Positions 1 through 14,659 of a DNA stretch of 64,000 nucleotides are shown in pieces. How positions within the stretch are numbered: the stretch's first letter is position 1; the number at the start of each line of letters is the position of its first letter. The notes beneath the pieces were generated by a model that saw only the letters and a program-made list of their open reading frames with translations, was not told where the DNA came from and ran no database searches. The stretch lies in NCBI GenBank assembly GCA_017654855.1, contig CM030338.1:3596001-3660000 (forward strand), written 5' to 3'. The DNA comes from Podospora anserina (Eukaryota). The translations under genes and the position numbers were made by a program.

Positions 1-3000
1 GGGTAATAAGTTAAAGACACTTTATTTATTATCGCTAACTTCGTTATCAACAGTTCTTAAAGCTTTGATACGAATTTGATATTACGGTCCCTAATAAACC
101 TTTTTATTTATATATATATATTTATAATATACTATAATGATATAATCTTTGATTACTTTACCAATTATGTTTCTTTATAGGGTGAAAAATACGTTTATTT
201 AATAAACCTATTAACTATCGTTAATATACTATCGTACCTAATACCGGTCATTATATTTTTTGGACTTTAGTAATTTCATAATAAAGTTACTTATAATCAA
301 ATTCTATAGCCGTTCGGCTATTAATAATAATTCTATAAATCTATAAGGTTTATACTTTTTAATCTTTTTTAATACATATAGTATAGTTAAATAATTTTCT
401 TAACCTTCTTTTTAATGTTTAATTAGTTAAAGTACTACTTAATTTTTTCTATAGTTTTTATAATACTTATATATCCTCAAAAATTCGACGTATAGATTTC
501 TATCATTAGTACTGTTCTAATATCTAGCTTTACGTAGGCTCGGTTCTTTACTATAGTCATCCCCAATTATCCTTCTTAATATTTTACGGTTTTAGTTTAT
601 CCTATTAGTATTATGTAATAATATTATTATTTAACTTCCTTAAACATTTATTAAAAGTAGATCATTTCGAATGTACTATATAATATTTCACTTACGGTTA
701 AAATAAATATTTAAATGTACTATTTAACACCTCTTTGAATAATAATAATAATTCCCTAAATATATTTTTATAATAGTCGATTTGCCGGCTAAGTGCGCTT
801 ACCCTGGCATTTTTCGAACCCTTTTTATAATTAATCTCGAAATTAAATTCCGAGAGAAACTCTAAAGTATCGGGTTTACCGTGCGTGAAAGACTTTTATA
901 ATAGTAAAATATCGTAAGTTCTTATAATTTACATAGATTTATATTTTATAATTAAAGTATAACCTGTTTTTTTCGAACATTTTAGTAGTAGTAAATAGCT
1001 CCTTATTATAAGTTAGGTAATTTTAACGTACCTGCTCTAGTTTCTTCCGGAAAAAAATAACCGTGTATAAGTTTCCGTCGTTGTTTTACTAGCCTAATTA
1101 TCCACCGATCGTTTAATCTAATATATTAACTTTAACCTTGAACGGCCAACTAGGGCTTAGTAACTTAGATATCAGGTCCTTTAAAATATACTTAATTCCA
1201 AAAGGCCTACTTTTTTTCCTACCCTTACCGGAACTCTAAATCTTTTTAATTAAATAATGAAACAGGCGTACAGTCCCCGCGTATTTCTAGATAAATATCT
1301 AATAGAAATTTATAAATCCTAAAGATTCCCTAATATATATTTATAATTGCGACGTAGGTTGGTGTTCAATTGCAATAAGCTTTCTAAATTCTATACGAGC
1401 TTTACTTAATAATATCAAATATCCTAAATATATCATCTTCTATATATAAAACTCTTTTTTTTCCTTTTTAATTAAAAATCCGGCTCCGTATAATACCCTA
1501 AATATGTTTTGTATTTAGGATTTATATTTCTAAAGTACGTAAGTAAATAAGAATATCGTCGAGATAGTATATTATTATTTTATCCAAATATTTCCGGATT
1601 ATACCATTAAGAAAAGATTAGAACGTTATTAGTATAATACATAATCCGCATAATATTACGGAACATTTAAGATAACTATAAGGTATATAAAATATTTTCT
1701 TTTATTTATCCTATTTTTTTGTTTATATATAGACGGATCCGATAAATATATTTAAATGTATAAAGTATCGCGTTCAAATTAACTATTTCTATAACCTAGA
1801 TATTAATAGTATTAAGTTACTATCCTTGTACCGTCTCGTTATTTCATTAACCGTAAATTATGTATAGTCGCAAACCACCGTCCTTTTTGGGTATAAAAAA
1901 ACAAAAAGTATCTTACTAATAATAGAAAACTCTTTAATATCTTTTTAAATTTTTATTTTCATATTTTTAAAATTCTTTACATTACTTATCGTTAATATAA
2001 TAGTCATTAAATAACCGTAGTTTAGCTCCTTCTTTTAACTAAATCTCGTAATTCTTGTGACGAACTCCTATCTAGAACCTCTGAAAGGGATAGTAGTCTA
2101 AGGCACTTCTGAACAATCCTCGTTCGGTACAGCTAAACAGTGTACAACAAATGGCTTGTCTCAATCACAACAGTTTTGATACCAACAACTGTGACTTGAA
2201 ATGTAATTGCAATACTGCGGAACTGTCTATCTAAACCAGCCAGTTCCTCCGTATATATAGACCTAAGGCTCCAAGTACCTCCATACCTAGATCTATCTCT
2301 CATTTCCTAGATCCTTTGGATCTAGCCTCCAAACTCTAGATCCTTGGACCTATCTTCCAGATCCTAGATCCCCTAGCCCGTGGTATTTCCTGCCCCACAG
2401 GCTCCACTTGACCACCCGCTCCAGTCCCACTGGTCCTGGCGCCCCGGCTTCTTCTGAACCGTGACAATTCTACGGTCTTTATTTTAGAAATTCCTCTAAA
2501 TACTTAGCCGTAAAGGCTAAGTATCTTTGATATTTCACCAATACTACTTTTTTCTCGCTTTTTTTAACATTATTATAATAAATATACTTATTAACCTCCA
2601 ATATCTCTACTAACGTCGTTAACCCTATTTCTTCGATTTTACTACCTATATAATAGAATATATTAGTACTTTTTAAATTCCTTACGGTAAGACCGTAAAG
2701 TGTATTTTTCTCATATTTTACTCTATACTTATTTTTAATTTTCTATCGTTAATTGAATACTTTTATGGTTTTTATAATCGTAAGTAATTACTATTTCTTG
2801 AATCGATATTTAGATTATAATCCTTATACTATAATTACTTTAGGATTTTTTTCGAAGGTCCTATACTTATAATATCGCATATAATTAGGGTTGTTTTTCT
2901 TTGACTATAACATTCAAGGGTAACGTCTCCTTATAGACCTTTTAAGTCGGAAATATTCTTTATATGATAATCTATTCTTTTCTTTACAGTATCTTGGCCT

Positions 3001-4437
3001 AGTATAAGAATTAAAGCGAAATTAGGTCTATTTCTATACCCCTATTTACTAATATTACTGTTTAAAGATCTTTTGAGTATATTATAACCTAAAAGTAATT
3101 TTGGTTTTTATCTCTTCTCTATACGGTAGCAACCTCGCTAACGAGTATGGGGTCGTTATCCTATACCTTTATCTTACCCTAGTATTTCCGACGGTACTTT
3201 TTATAGTTCGTCAAAACTTACTAAACCCCGCGAAAGGCTAGGAATTGTTTCCTAAATAGTAATATTGTTTAAAAGCGTCCTTCTACTTTAAATTATTTAG
3301 TGATACGAACTTCTTTAATTATTACCGTTAAAACTTTTTTTATTTTCCGTTCTTAGTACTTTATAAACCCTTCCTCCGGTTACATGTTCTTTTTTTAACC
3401 GTAATAGTAATCCTCGCCTTTACTTCGGTTAATAGTGTATAGTATCGTTCAGCCTATTTGCGTAAGTAGAATATATAGTTAAAATTTGAGTAATTCCTTC
3501 TTTTTAATTATACCGTTGTTTTAACTTCTTTACCTTAAATAGTATTTTATGTATCTAAGTATAAACTATATTACTTAAAGATTATCTTTTAACTTAGCCA
3601 AGTCCCAAATTCTATGTAGAAAATAGTCTTTTAATTCCTTTTTTTTAATCTTACTTAATTATAGTTTTTATAATTAGTTTAATGACTTCCGTTTTTAACC
3701 TTTTCCTATATTGACTAATAGCTATATAAAGCTTTATTTTAATAATATTTTATATATCCGCATACTATATATTAGAACCAAGATATTCTTCAATATTCCG
3801 GGTATTTAAAATAAAGCTACGCCGGAATTTCTTTACAGGGTATATGTTATATATATACAGGTATTTATCCGGTTTATACCGAGAGCCTAATATTAGCGAC
3901 CCTTTTACTTTCCTAGTATTCCTCCTGGCTTTTACATATAAGCTTTTCCGTTACGTAGATTCGTTTTATAATTAGGTTTTTTTATTGATAATATTAATTT
4001 TCCGGTACCGTTCATTGTATATGTTTTTCCTATAGTATAGGATCCGCGTACCTTATAACTTCCGTAATAGTTGTAACTAGTTAATCCTATAATACTTAGA
4101 ATTAAATATTTCCCTCCTTATACTTTTCCCTTAACCGCTCTACCGCTTCGCTTAACTCTTGAAACTTTTTTTCCTCTTATTTAATATATTATAAGAGTTT
4201 TCCTTGAAGTTTACGACTTTTTTTTAATACTTAATAGTTATAACTTCTATAACCTTCGGTTTCTTCAATATTGTAAATACTACGGCGACTTTTCTTTTTT
4301 CTTTAATTTATTTTAAATATCTAATCATTCTTTTTAAAATACCTTACCTTACTGTAATTAAAATACTTAAGGTTATCTTTACCCTAGCCCCGACGCTACG
4401 GCTTCTATTACTATATAGCGTCGATCTTTATAGGCTC
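1..4437 (-). mobile_element. Degenerate Ty3/gypsy internal region (gag end, protease, RT, RNase H)
   Basis: Minus strand reads YYLDDILIY at ~1545-1570 and an ALSR RNase H end at ~790. Collinear with the internal region of 38493-47604. Many RIP stops. Confidence 0.9.
2056..2466 (-). mobile_element. Solo LTR, family A
   Basis: TGTGACG...CGTGACA termini; perfect TSD ATTCT (2051-2055 and 2467-2471); shared family-A core; interrupts the gypsy pol. Confidence 0.93.
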
Positions 4438-4750
4438 TATTGGTTTGGGGTGCGGCCACAAGCCTGAGGGGTATGAGTGAGGAAGTGTGGCTCTCGGAGG
4501 ATTCGGTGGGGGAGTTCAGGAGTCATATGTATAAGCTGTCTGCTTCTAACATTCTATTTTAGACTGGACATCGACTTTTATTTCTTAATATTTTATGCCT
4601 TGCACGCGTGCAGGCAATTGTGGCCCTCTGATTAGGCTAATCCGGTACGTATTGTATGGCCTGCAAGCCCATAGTCTTTTCTTTATCCTGCGTGAAGTGC
4701 GGCCTACAAGCGAGTTACTATTATGCAAAGCGTGTTTATTTAGGGACATA
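4438..4750 (+). repeat. LTR-like repeat, family B (right end approximate)
   Basis: GC-rich island. Its first ~130 bp recur at ~17281-17408 (gaggaagtg...ctctcggaggattcgg...attctattttagactgg). Confidence 0.7.
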
Positions 4751-7090
4751 TTAAGGGTATATTTATAGTATTATAATCATTCTATATATTCTTTTACTAT
4801 TTTAAATGGAGGTCGTGCCCGGAATAAGTAAAGCTTAGGGTATAAACTAAACTTATAAGGCTTAGGTATTGAAGGAAGTACGGAATTACGAATAATAATA
4901 AATACCGATATTTTGATTAAACCCCGCGAGGTTCGGTAAAAATAAATTTTTTCCGTTTAATTAAACGGAAATCTTTTATTATCGGTTATACTCTAAGCTT
5001 TCTAGCCGTATATAAAAAAATAAAGCGTATACTCCGGATAAGATTAAAAAGTATATCAAAAATATCGATCAAAACTAATTTACTAATAAATTTTATTTTC
5101 ATAATAGCCATTAAAGTCCTTTTTTATTTTTAATTTAAAAATGTCTTTTCAATATACTATTTAACGGTAATCAGAAATTGAGGAGGTTTCCAAATTAATT
5201 TAATATAGGATATTAGGATTTCGAAAGTAAACAAACGAAAATACTTTCTTTGTAATCTAAATAAAAGTAGTTCATATTTATATATTAAAGTTATAAAAGA
5301 TAATTATTTCTCTATGTTGAATAATATATATAAAACATTCTGTTATTAAGGTAAACGTATCGGTAGTTATTAATAACTAATATATTTAATAATATCTAAT
5401 TTATCGCTTTAGTTAGCCTTTTTAATAATAATTAAATATATGAAACTTTTGCGGCGCGTTCCGTAATAAAGACGGCTATTTTAGTAATTAAGTCTTTAAA
5501 ATTATCATTATTTATCCTTTTTTTTAACTACAAATCCTAACGCTTTTAATATATTAGATAGATCCTGTACCCGTCTAAGTTTTACTACATAAAGTGAATC
5601 CTATACCTCCTATTTAGTATACTGAATATCCTACTTCTTTTTTCTAAATTTGTATATTAATTTTAATAACCTAAATACCTTTATTTTATAGAAGCTTACT
5701 TTAACTATCCCTACTTGTAACGGTTCCCTACGTTTCATCGGCTAACCTTTTATCCTATAGTACGTATATATTTTCCTTAATATAAGTTCTTTCATTTAAA
5801 GAAAAATAGTTTTAAAAGTAATTTTTTTGAAAAAATTACTTTACGGAATACCTAAAGCGTTTCGAAACGCCTATAAAAATATTAAATCGTAAAATCTACT
5901 TTAGTTATTTGTAAGTTTAGATACTAATATAATTTCAATGTAGGAAAATAAATCAATAAAAATATAAATTTATTTCAATCTATTAATATTCAATTTATTT
6001 TCATTCTTTATCTTAAATCTTGGTTTAAAATTTGTAACTTTCAATAAAATAACAATATTTATAGGAAATTAAATAACTGTTATAAGATTTATTTTTAAAG
6101 GTATAAACGAATTAAGAAAGGTTCTTTTAATTACTTTAAATTATACACATAACTTTAATTAATCGAGAAAATATAAACGCCGTTCAAAATTTATAAATTT
6201 TGGTATTAAAAATAATTGAATCAATAATATAATTGAAGATAAGTATAATGTAACAGGAAAAATCAATAGGGAAAATAAAGTAATTATTATACCCTTCTTT
6301 ACTACCTTTAATTAGGCGGCGGAGGTACTTAACAAGTATATAGCGGTTAATACTAGAGTAAATAGAGAGGTAATATCAGAATATTCAAAGATGAATATTG
6401 ATAGTAACTTTTCTATATTAGGAAATAATAACTTTAGGATAGTAAGGATTTGAGTTTACTATTTAAAAAACTAAATACCTTATCCTTTAGCTTTCAGTAT
6501 TACTTTTAATAAGAAAATAAATTTATTTTTTACTATTTTTTTTATTACTAGTACTAATATTTAATTTGGGAAAGTAGGGGGGTAATACTATAATAGTTTT
6601 TTCCGTGAAAAATGTATTGGTGATACAATAGAATGCATTTTTATATTAGATAATTGAATATCCGAGGAAAGAATATAATAAAGCCTAGGGACTATATTAT
6701 ATTGAGGGAAGTAAAGTATATATTAGTTGAAAAGAATAGCCGAATAATAAAAAGGTTTGATTTATTTAAAAGGATATAAAGAGAGCGTAGCGTAAAGGGA
6801 AAACTACTAATTTTATTTACATCTTAGTTTTATTAAAATTAAGATTAAATAGGGCCTATATGGCTTATAGAGTACGGGCCAAATATTAAAAGCTTTATAA
6901 AGTAAAAAGATATAGGCTTAAAGTTTTTTTAATTAAAGGCAGGGAATAAATAGTTATTGAAACAGTTGGAGCCATAAATAATAAATTAAATAAACTTTAT
7001 AAATATTATAAATCTTACGTACCGTTTAACGAAAACATAATTAATCATTATATTACGAAAAATGTTTTATCATATCACTTAATAGAAAAA

Positions 7091-7530
7091 TGTGACGAAC
7101 CCCTGTACAGAACCTCTGAAAGGGATACTGATTGAAGGCTACTTCTGACAATTGGTTCGGTGCAGCTAAACAGTGCACAACAAGATGTCTCAATGTAAAC
7201 ACAAGATACCGTGAATACAAGCTGTGATTGCATACTGCGGAACTGTCTATCTACACCAGCCAGTTCCTCCGTATATAGACCTTGGGACCGTGAGGTGCTC
7301 GCCCTGCTACGGCCCCGATCACCCTTAGCACATTGCATCCTGCAACGTGCTCGTCGTGCTATGCCTCCGATCACCCTTAGCACCTTGCATCCTGCAGAGT
7401 GCTCGTGAGCCTTGGTGCCATAGGACTTTTGTCCAACCCTGATTGGCTGTTTCCTGACTTCCTTAATGATTGGCTGGGGACGTCCTGCGCCCCACATGTG
7501 GCGCGGCCTGCTGTTGGGTTAACTGTGACA
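7091..7530 (-). mobile_element. Solo LTR, family A
   Basis: TGTGACG...TGTGACA termini; TSD AAAAA; nearly free of RIP; 52-bp-period internal duplication and two CCAAT boxes (gattggctg). Confidence 0.93.
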
Positions 7531-10500
7531 AAAAATAGTTATTTAACAGTATTTTAAAGTACTTTAGTAATATTTTAATAGTCGTTTAAAATGAAAAGGT
7601 AAAAATAAATATAAATATATAGAATTTAAAAAGAGTAAGTATTAAGGATTTACCAGAGAAAGATATAAATAACCTAGCCTTAATTAAAAATCCGAAAATA
7701 GTATTTATTTTTACATAAAAGAAATTAGAAGTAATTAAAGAAAATATCTTATTGAATTAAGGAAATAAAATCTAAAGTAATTTAAAATTATTTAATTATA
7801 AAGTAAAGGATCTTAGGAATTATATTATCAAAAGAACTAAAAAGTATATTAATAATTAAATTGCACTTATACTAGAAAAGTTCTATAGAGTTTTACTTAT
7901 ATTTATTTACCGATTAGTAAATTATTTAAAAAGTATAACCGAAACTATTAACATAGTTAAGTAATATAAACTTTTTAAACATATCCCGGATAAAAAGAAA
8001 AAGGTTTTACGGAAGGAAAAAGCTTTACCCTTAACGGTTCGGATAAGTTTTCCAATAGTTAAGTATAGTAAATTTCTTACATTTAATTAAAAAGAATTCT
8101 TTCTATTTTATATAGAATTATGGCGGATAATAATCATAGTACAGTCGAGGGAGGCACTTAAAAAAGGATTATTAAGGGTATGGTTTATGTAAATAATAAC
8201 TTAGAAAAGTAGTTATAGACTTTACCATTTACGCCTGGTAACTGGTTTTCTAGTATTAAATAAACTTTTTCAAGGAACCGTTGTTCGAATTTGTAATATT
8301 TTATTATTATATTACAATTTTATTTTATTTATTTTAAAGAAGGTATTAATAGAATTAAATATTAGGTCGGAATGAAATATAATTAACAGGACTACAACTG
8401 TAGGGATCGAAATAATATTTTTCCCGCTAATTAATACTTATAAGTATTTAAGGGATCACTTAATAATAAAATGCATATCCTAAATAAGTAACGTAAGAAT
8501 TTAAAAAAAAAAGAAAAAGTATTTAAGGAATTAAATAAGGGAGTTAGATATTTTTTATTTAATTTTATTTTAACCAAAATAAATCTAATGCTTAATATCA
8601 TGTTTTATAAAAATAAGGAAAAGGAAACTATTAAAAGCAAGGGAGAAAAATATGACGAATTAAAAGGAAGGAAAGAAGGAGGGTATAAGGGATTATGAAA
8701 AGAAAGTCTTGATTTTAACTAAGAAAAATCAAAATTACAGTAAAAACCTTCGCTTAAACGAAATATTTGATAAATAATACTTACTATTACCAGCTTTTAT
8801 AATAGGTCTATATTTAATACAATTAACACCACCGCTATTATTACTATAAAAAATGTATTACTATTTAATTCAAGGATTAATATAAGAACCTAATTAAAGT
8901 TTAATATTTTATTTATATATTTAGTGATATTCAATTAGTTATTTACTGAAACAAATTAGCGTAACTTCTTTACCATATAACTATATAAATATTTAGGACC
9001 TTTACCCCCTTTAAAAATAATAATAATATAAAGATTATTTCAATTATTACTTTTAATTAACTTCAATTAACATCTATAAATATGATTATTATTATTTTGA
9101 TATAAACAAAAATAGAAAGATAAAGCTGGTTAATAATATGAAGTTGAAAAGTAATATTTTTGAAAGAAACTTAAGCTAAAAAGTAAAGAAAAAAATAATA
9201 ATTAAAGAATCTCTATAATATAGTTTAAAATTTAACGATATTGGAGTCCTTAAAATTCTTGAAATAATTAAAGGGTTACGCTTTACTCTCAAGAAATTCA
9301 CTAATTTAATTAAGTAAATTCTTGATATTTTAATAAATTAAAAGATGAAAGTATTTATTATAATTTTATTTAAAAAGGAGGTTACTCTAATGTTGAATTT
9401 TGTTAAATATAGATAAATCTTTAAGAGAAACTCTCTTACTTAATATATTAGGACTGTCCGTTATAAAGTATAGAAAAGTAGGTCTATTCCGATCCAAAAA
9501 TTACTTATAAAAAGAATTATTAAACTTTTTAAGGAACGAATTAGAGAAAGTATTATTAAGGAACTATATAATATTTACTAAAATGATTGATTTCTAATAA
9601 AGAAAAACATAATAGTTTCTATTTACGTAGCAATATTTAAAATTATAACAAAGTTATATAACGAAAACCTTTAATTTATTAAGTAATTAGGAATTTAGCG
9701 AGGACTTTATGAAGTATTTTACTATTTTTTTATTTAACCTTTTTCATAACTATAATTAAATTAAATTCATCTTAATAAGCCGTGACTTTATTATTTTCGT
9801 AATATTTATCGGCCTATTTAGGATATATATCTTACTTTAAAAGGCTACTAACTCTAGAGCTTGATTTTAAAGAGCTGTAAGTAAGGTCTTTTAAAATCTT
9901 ATAAATATATCGGTTATGCCTAAATAATATTATCGTAAAAGGGCTAAGGTAGGATTATAATAGTAAAGAAAAAAGGTTAGGAGTTAAAATGTAAGTCCTA
10001 AAGTATTTGAAAATTCGCGATATAGTTTTACCTAACTATAAGTTTATAGGAGTTATAATTATAACCGTAAAATCCCTTTAATATAGATAGGAACCTATTA
10101 TCTTTAAACTTTTTATATACCGACGGATGTTTCTTTAACTAGATAAAAGTAATAAAGATACGGGAATAGCGAACTTACTATAGTCTTAAAGATATTCACG
10201 CTTTTTTAGGGATTACCGGTTATTATTAATTATAAATACTTTCCTTTAATTTAATTATAACTTCGCTATAGGTTTTCAAAAAACGAAATGCAAGATAGCA
10301 ATAAACAGAAATTTAATAGGGTACTACATTAAATCTCTTTCATATTTAATAATCATCGTTTTAATAAAAATTCTATTATTTTTAAAATAAATTTAACGGG
10401 GTAGGAAATAGTAATCAAATTGGTAGGCTTTAATCAGACAACGTATTCTTATTAGTTTAAAAGAAATCTTGAGAGCATAATTAAATAGAAATATAATAAT

Positions 10501-13500
10501 ATTAAATGAAAGTTAAGAGGACTATTATATATTTTAAGGACATGTAAGAGGTATTTTTCGGGGTAAACTTTACGGTAGAAACGGATAGTTAAATAATGAA
10601 TTATTAAGTTTAAGGGGTAATTAATAATATTGTTAATACTTAAACATTAAAATAATTAAGATAAAATAAAACTTTCAACTTTATGATCATTTATATTCTT
10701 AAAGGTAAAAACTTTATAGTAAACATATTGTCGAAAATATTCCTAGCCCCTTTAATTTAAGGGAAAACGAGTTAAAACTAAATATTGATAATAGAGCTAA
10801 CGTAAAGACTTAGAAAAAAGAAATTTAAAAAGTAAATATTTAATAGATAAACGTTAAAAAAACCAAAGTTTTTAAATAAGAATCCTATTTAAAGAAACTA
10901 TAGTTTCTTTATTTTTATATTACTATTAAGTTCCTCGCGAATAAGCGTATTTTAAAGCTAAAATAGGGTTTATTATTTAAATTATTCAAAATAAAATTTT
11001 ATTTTTTAAATTAAATAAAACCAGATTTTCTCTTAAAAAAGTTATTAACCCTTTAATCAAATAAAGAAAATCTTCAATATATGTTATAACGAAATAAATT
11101 ATAGCGGATAAGAAACTATTTATACTTAAATGATGAAAGTTTCCTGTTAAAATGGTATGTAAATTAACGTCGAGGCTTAAATTAACATATATATAAATAA
11201 TATTAATCATAAAGCCCGAAATATGAAGAAGATTAGTATTAATATATTAAACCTTAAATTACTTTATTTATATTGTAGTATTTAAACGTTTAATTTTCAT
11301 TAATGGCTTTGAAAAAGATATTACCATTTAGAGTCGAGGAATAATATAATTATGTATTTAAAGCAAAGGTTTTTAAATTCAAATAAGGCTTTTAGGGTTA
11401 AAAATTCTATTTTATACAATATTACTTTTAAATAAGGTTACCCTTTAATCGTAATAATAAAGGGTGGTTTTGAATTGTAAAAAGAAGCTATTAGGATTTT
11501 AAAGAGAGTAAAGGTTTTCCGGATAGTAATCTTATTTCATAATATAAAAGTAAATAGAGTAAAGGAGATTAATTATATTTTAATTATAGTAATATTAGTA
11601 AAAGAAATCAATAGAATGGGGAGAAAATCACAATAGTAATTCCTTTACATATTTTTTATTAATAGGATTATAGTACGACGCCTTTATAACTATAATACTT
11701 TTTATTTAATATATAGGTTTAACTTTATTATGTTAATCGAAAAATATATACCGTTATAGAAAGTCGTTTTATAAGAAAAGAGTAGTTTTATTAATTAGAA
11801 AATTATTAGAAGGAAAAAGTAATGATAAATTTAATAAAAGTACAGGTAAAACTATTAAAATGCTAAAAAATCAATTTAACCGTAGTAACTGAAAGGGTTG
11901 GTATAGTAAAATAAAAAGCGGTAGTAAAAAAATAGGAAAGGGATTCTTAATATTAAGCTGAAGAGTAATATAATTAGAAAAAGGGACTTAATATTAATGT
12001 ATAAAAATAGATTGAAAATTAGATATAAGGATAGTAGGGAAATTATAGTACCGCTGGGACGGTCCTTCTAACGTAAAAAAGGGCGAACTAATTAATACTT
12101 ATTATTTTCTCAATATTGGGTACTATTATAAACTTTATATATATATAATAAAATAAAGAAGTCTTTTAAGTTTAAAAATATGGATATAAATAAAAAAGAT
12201 ATAAATATATAATTCGGATGAAGGAAGATTAAGTCAATATTCAGGAATAAAGTAAGCGAGGATATGAATATAGTAAAAGATAAGGATAAGAAAAACGAGA
12301 TAGTAGTAGAGATATTGAGGAAAATAATAATTAGAGGGAAAATTAAAATAGAACGGAAGAATATTGAAGTATAAAAAGATTTAAAAAGGGAAAGAATAGA
12401 AAAGTAATTTTAAAAGAAAGGTAAATCAAAGGATCTTCTAGGTAAACAACGAGAGACAATAATGAAAAGGTTACAATTATCATTTTGCAAGGAAGGTATT
12501 AAAGCTTGTATTATAAGAATAGAGTTATTAAAACTATATATTTTTAAAGTGAGGATAAATACCAAAAAAAGTTATTTTTAATTCTTTAGTAATCCGGTAG
12601 TTCAAATACATAGATCTTGAAAGTAGTGAATTTGTTTAATGATTTCAAAATGGTAACGCCCGAAAAGCTATTTATTAAACCGTTGAATGAAAATCTATTT
12701 AATTAAATTAATGAATAATACTTTAAAAATACAATTCATAATAGTTCTATCTATATTAATATTGTTACAAAGTATTTAAAACTGTTTTACACCCCTTTTT
12801 CGTTAAATTAAATGGAAATCATTTAAAGTAAAGGGGAATACTTATATATCTAAGATTTAAAAGAGAAATCTTAAAGTATTAACGAATAGTTTAATAAGTG
12901 TGGGAAATATCGTAATAAATATTAATATCTTCAAGTATAATGAAGTTATAAGTATAAATACAACGCCGAACCTAACTATATACTTTTTATAAATAACGCT
13001 TTAATTAATAGAAATATAAGTAAAATTAGTGAAATAACCATTGAGTATAGTAAATAAAGGTTTTTCAATAGGATCTATAGCAACCTCGGACTACTCGTAT
13101 ATAATAGAATTAAGGACCCTCGATTTAATTAAAAATATTTTTAATAAAAAAGTTTTAATTTTTCAAATAGTAAAGTCGTTAACCGCTTAATTAAATAAAG
13201 TTATAGGGTTATTTAAAGAAAAAGCTATTATAAAATAGTAATCAATAAGTATTAAAAACATAAAAAAGTAAGTAAAAACAAAGAAAATTAATATGAATAC
13301 TTATTATGTACAAAAAGAACTATATAATTTATTTTATAGACCTTAATACAAAAAATTCAAATAAAAGCTTCTTTTTTCATAAACGGTTTACGTAATTATT
13401 TAATAATTTTACTTTATAACTAAATAAATAATAAAGAATAAAGATTTATTAATTACGTAATTTAAGTAAGAAAAGGAATATTAGATCAACATAATTATAA

Positions 13501-14659
13501 AAATGTATAATTAATTATAAATATGGAAAACAAATATAAAAAAACTTTTTTCCTTTTTTTCCCGATAAATTCTTTACTTTCCTTTGATAATCCTTTAAGT
13601 ATAGATAATACTATATATTACTTTTTCTTAATTTTATATAAAATAATATTATTAACGTTTTTTTTAATGTCAATTTACGATATATCGTAAAACGACTTTT
13701 TTATTATTAAGAAACTGGGTTTTCTTCATAATTTCATTAAAAGATTTATTTGGAAAATATATTTTTAAGGTATTAACAAAGTTTATAACTTTAATTTCCT
13801 CATAATATTTTCCTTCTTTAAAGTAATAATATTTTTAATTGATTGGCTTTAGTTTTAACCTAATTACTAACTTAGGAAATTACATTATAGAAAGATATTT
13901 TAATTAAACTAATAATACTTTTATAGCATAATTTTACATCAATATTATTAAATAACTTTTTTTCTTAACACTAACGATGTCCCTTAATCGGACTTATATT
14001 GACGATATCTATAATTTCCTTTACTTACACAATATATAACCTTTAAGGTTAAATAAAAATTAAATAGTACTTTATTAATTCAGTTTTTACCTATATACTT
14101 TAATATTTTCTTTCAAAAATTCTTAACGTTATATTAAGATCCTTAAAAAGCTTTTAAACTCTATTATAATAAAATCTCGGTAAACTCCTTTTTATTTAAT
14201 AATAATAATAATATCTTTAATCAATAATATTAAATCCTCTTTATTAATATTCGCAAAAGAAACTATGAAGTAATAGGTATTTACGACGTTATCATTAATA
14301 TATAAGTTTATATAGATCTATTAAAAGATTAAAAAGGTGATAAGTAAATCTTATTTTTTATTTAATATTTTATATTTACTATACTTTCAACTACAACTTT
14401 AATATAAAAATAAAGAAGTTAGCCTATAGTAAATAAAGTAGGGCATAAAAGTAGAGCTTTTAGGTTTTAAAGTATTACCGTACTTATCTTTAGGGAGGTA
14501 TTTTGTATAGTAAAAAGGAAGATTTAACTATAGCAAAAGTTTAGAGAGAAAATTATTATTATAAAAATTATCAAACCATAGGTATTATAAATAAAGAAAG
14601 AATTAGTTATAAATAATATATATAAAGAGGTTTTAAATTGTAAATTTAATTAATAAATA

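Noticed and set aside
7075-7497. ORFs inside LTRs (also 17366, 47591, 48406, 48697)
   Set aside because: Chance open frames in GC-rich non-coding LTR repeats.
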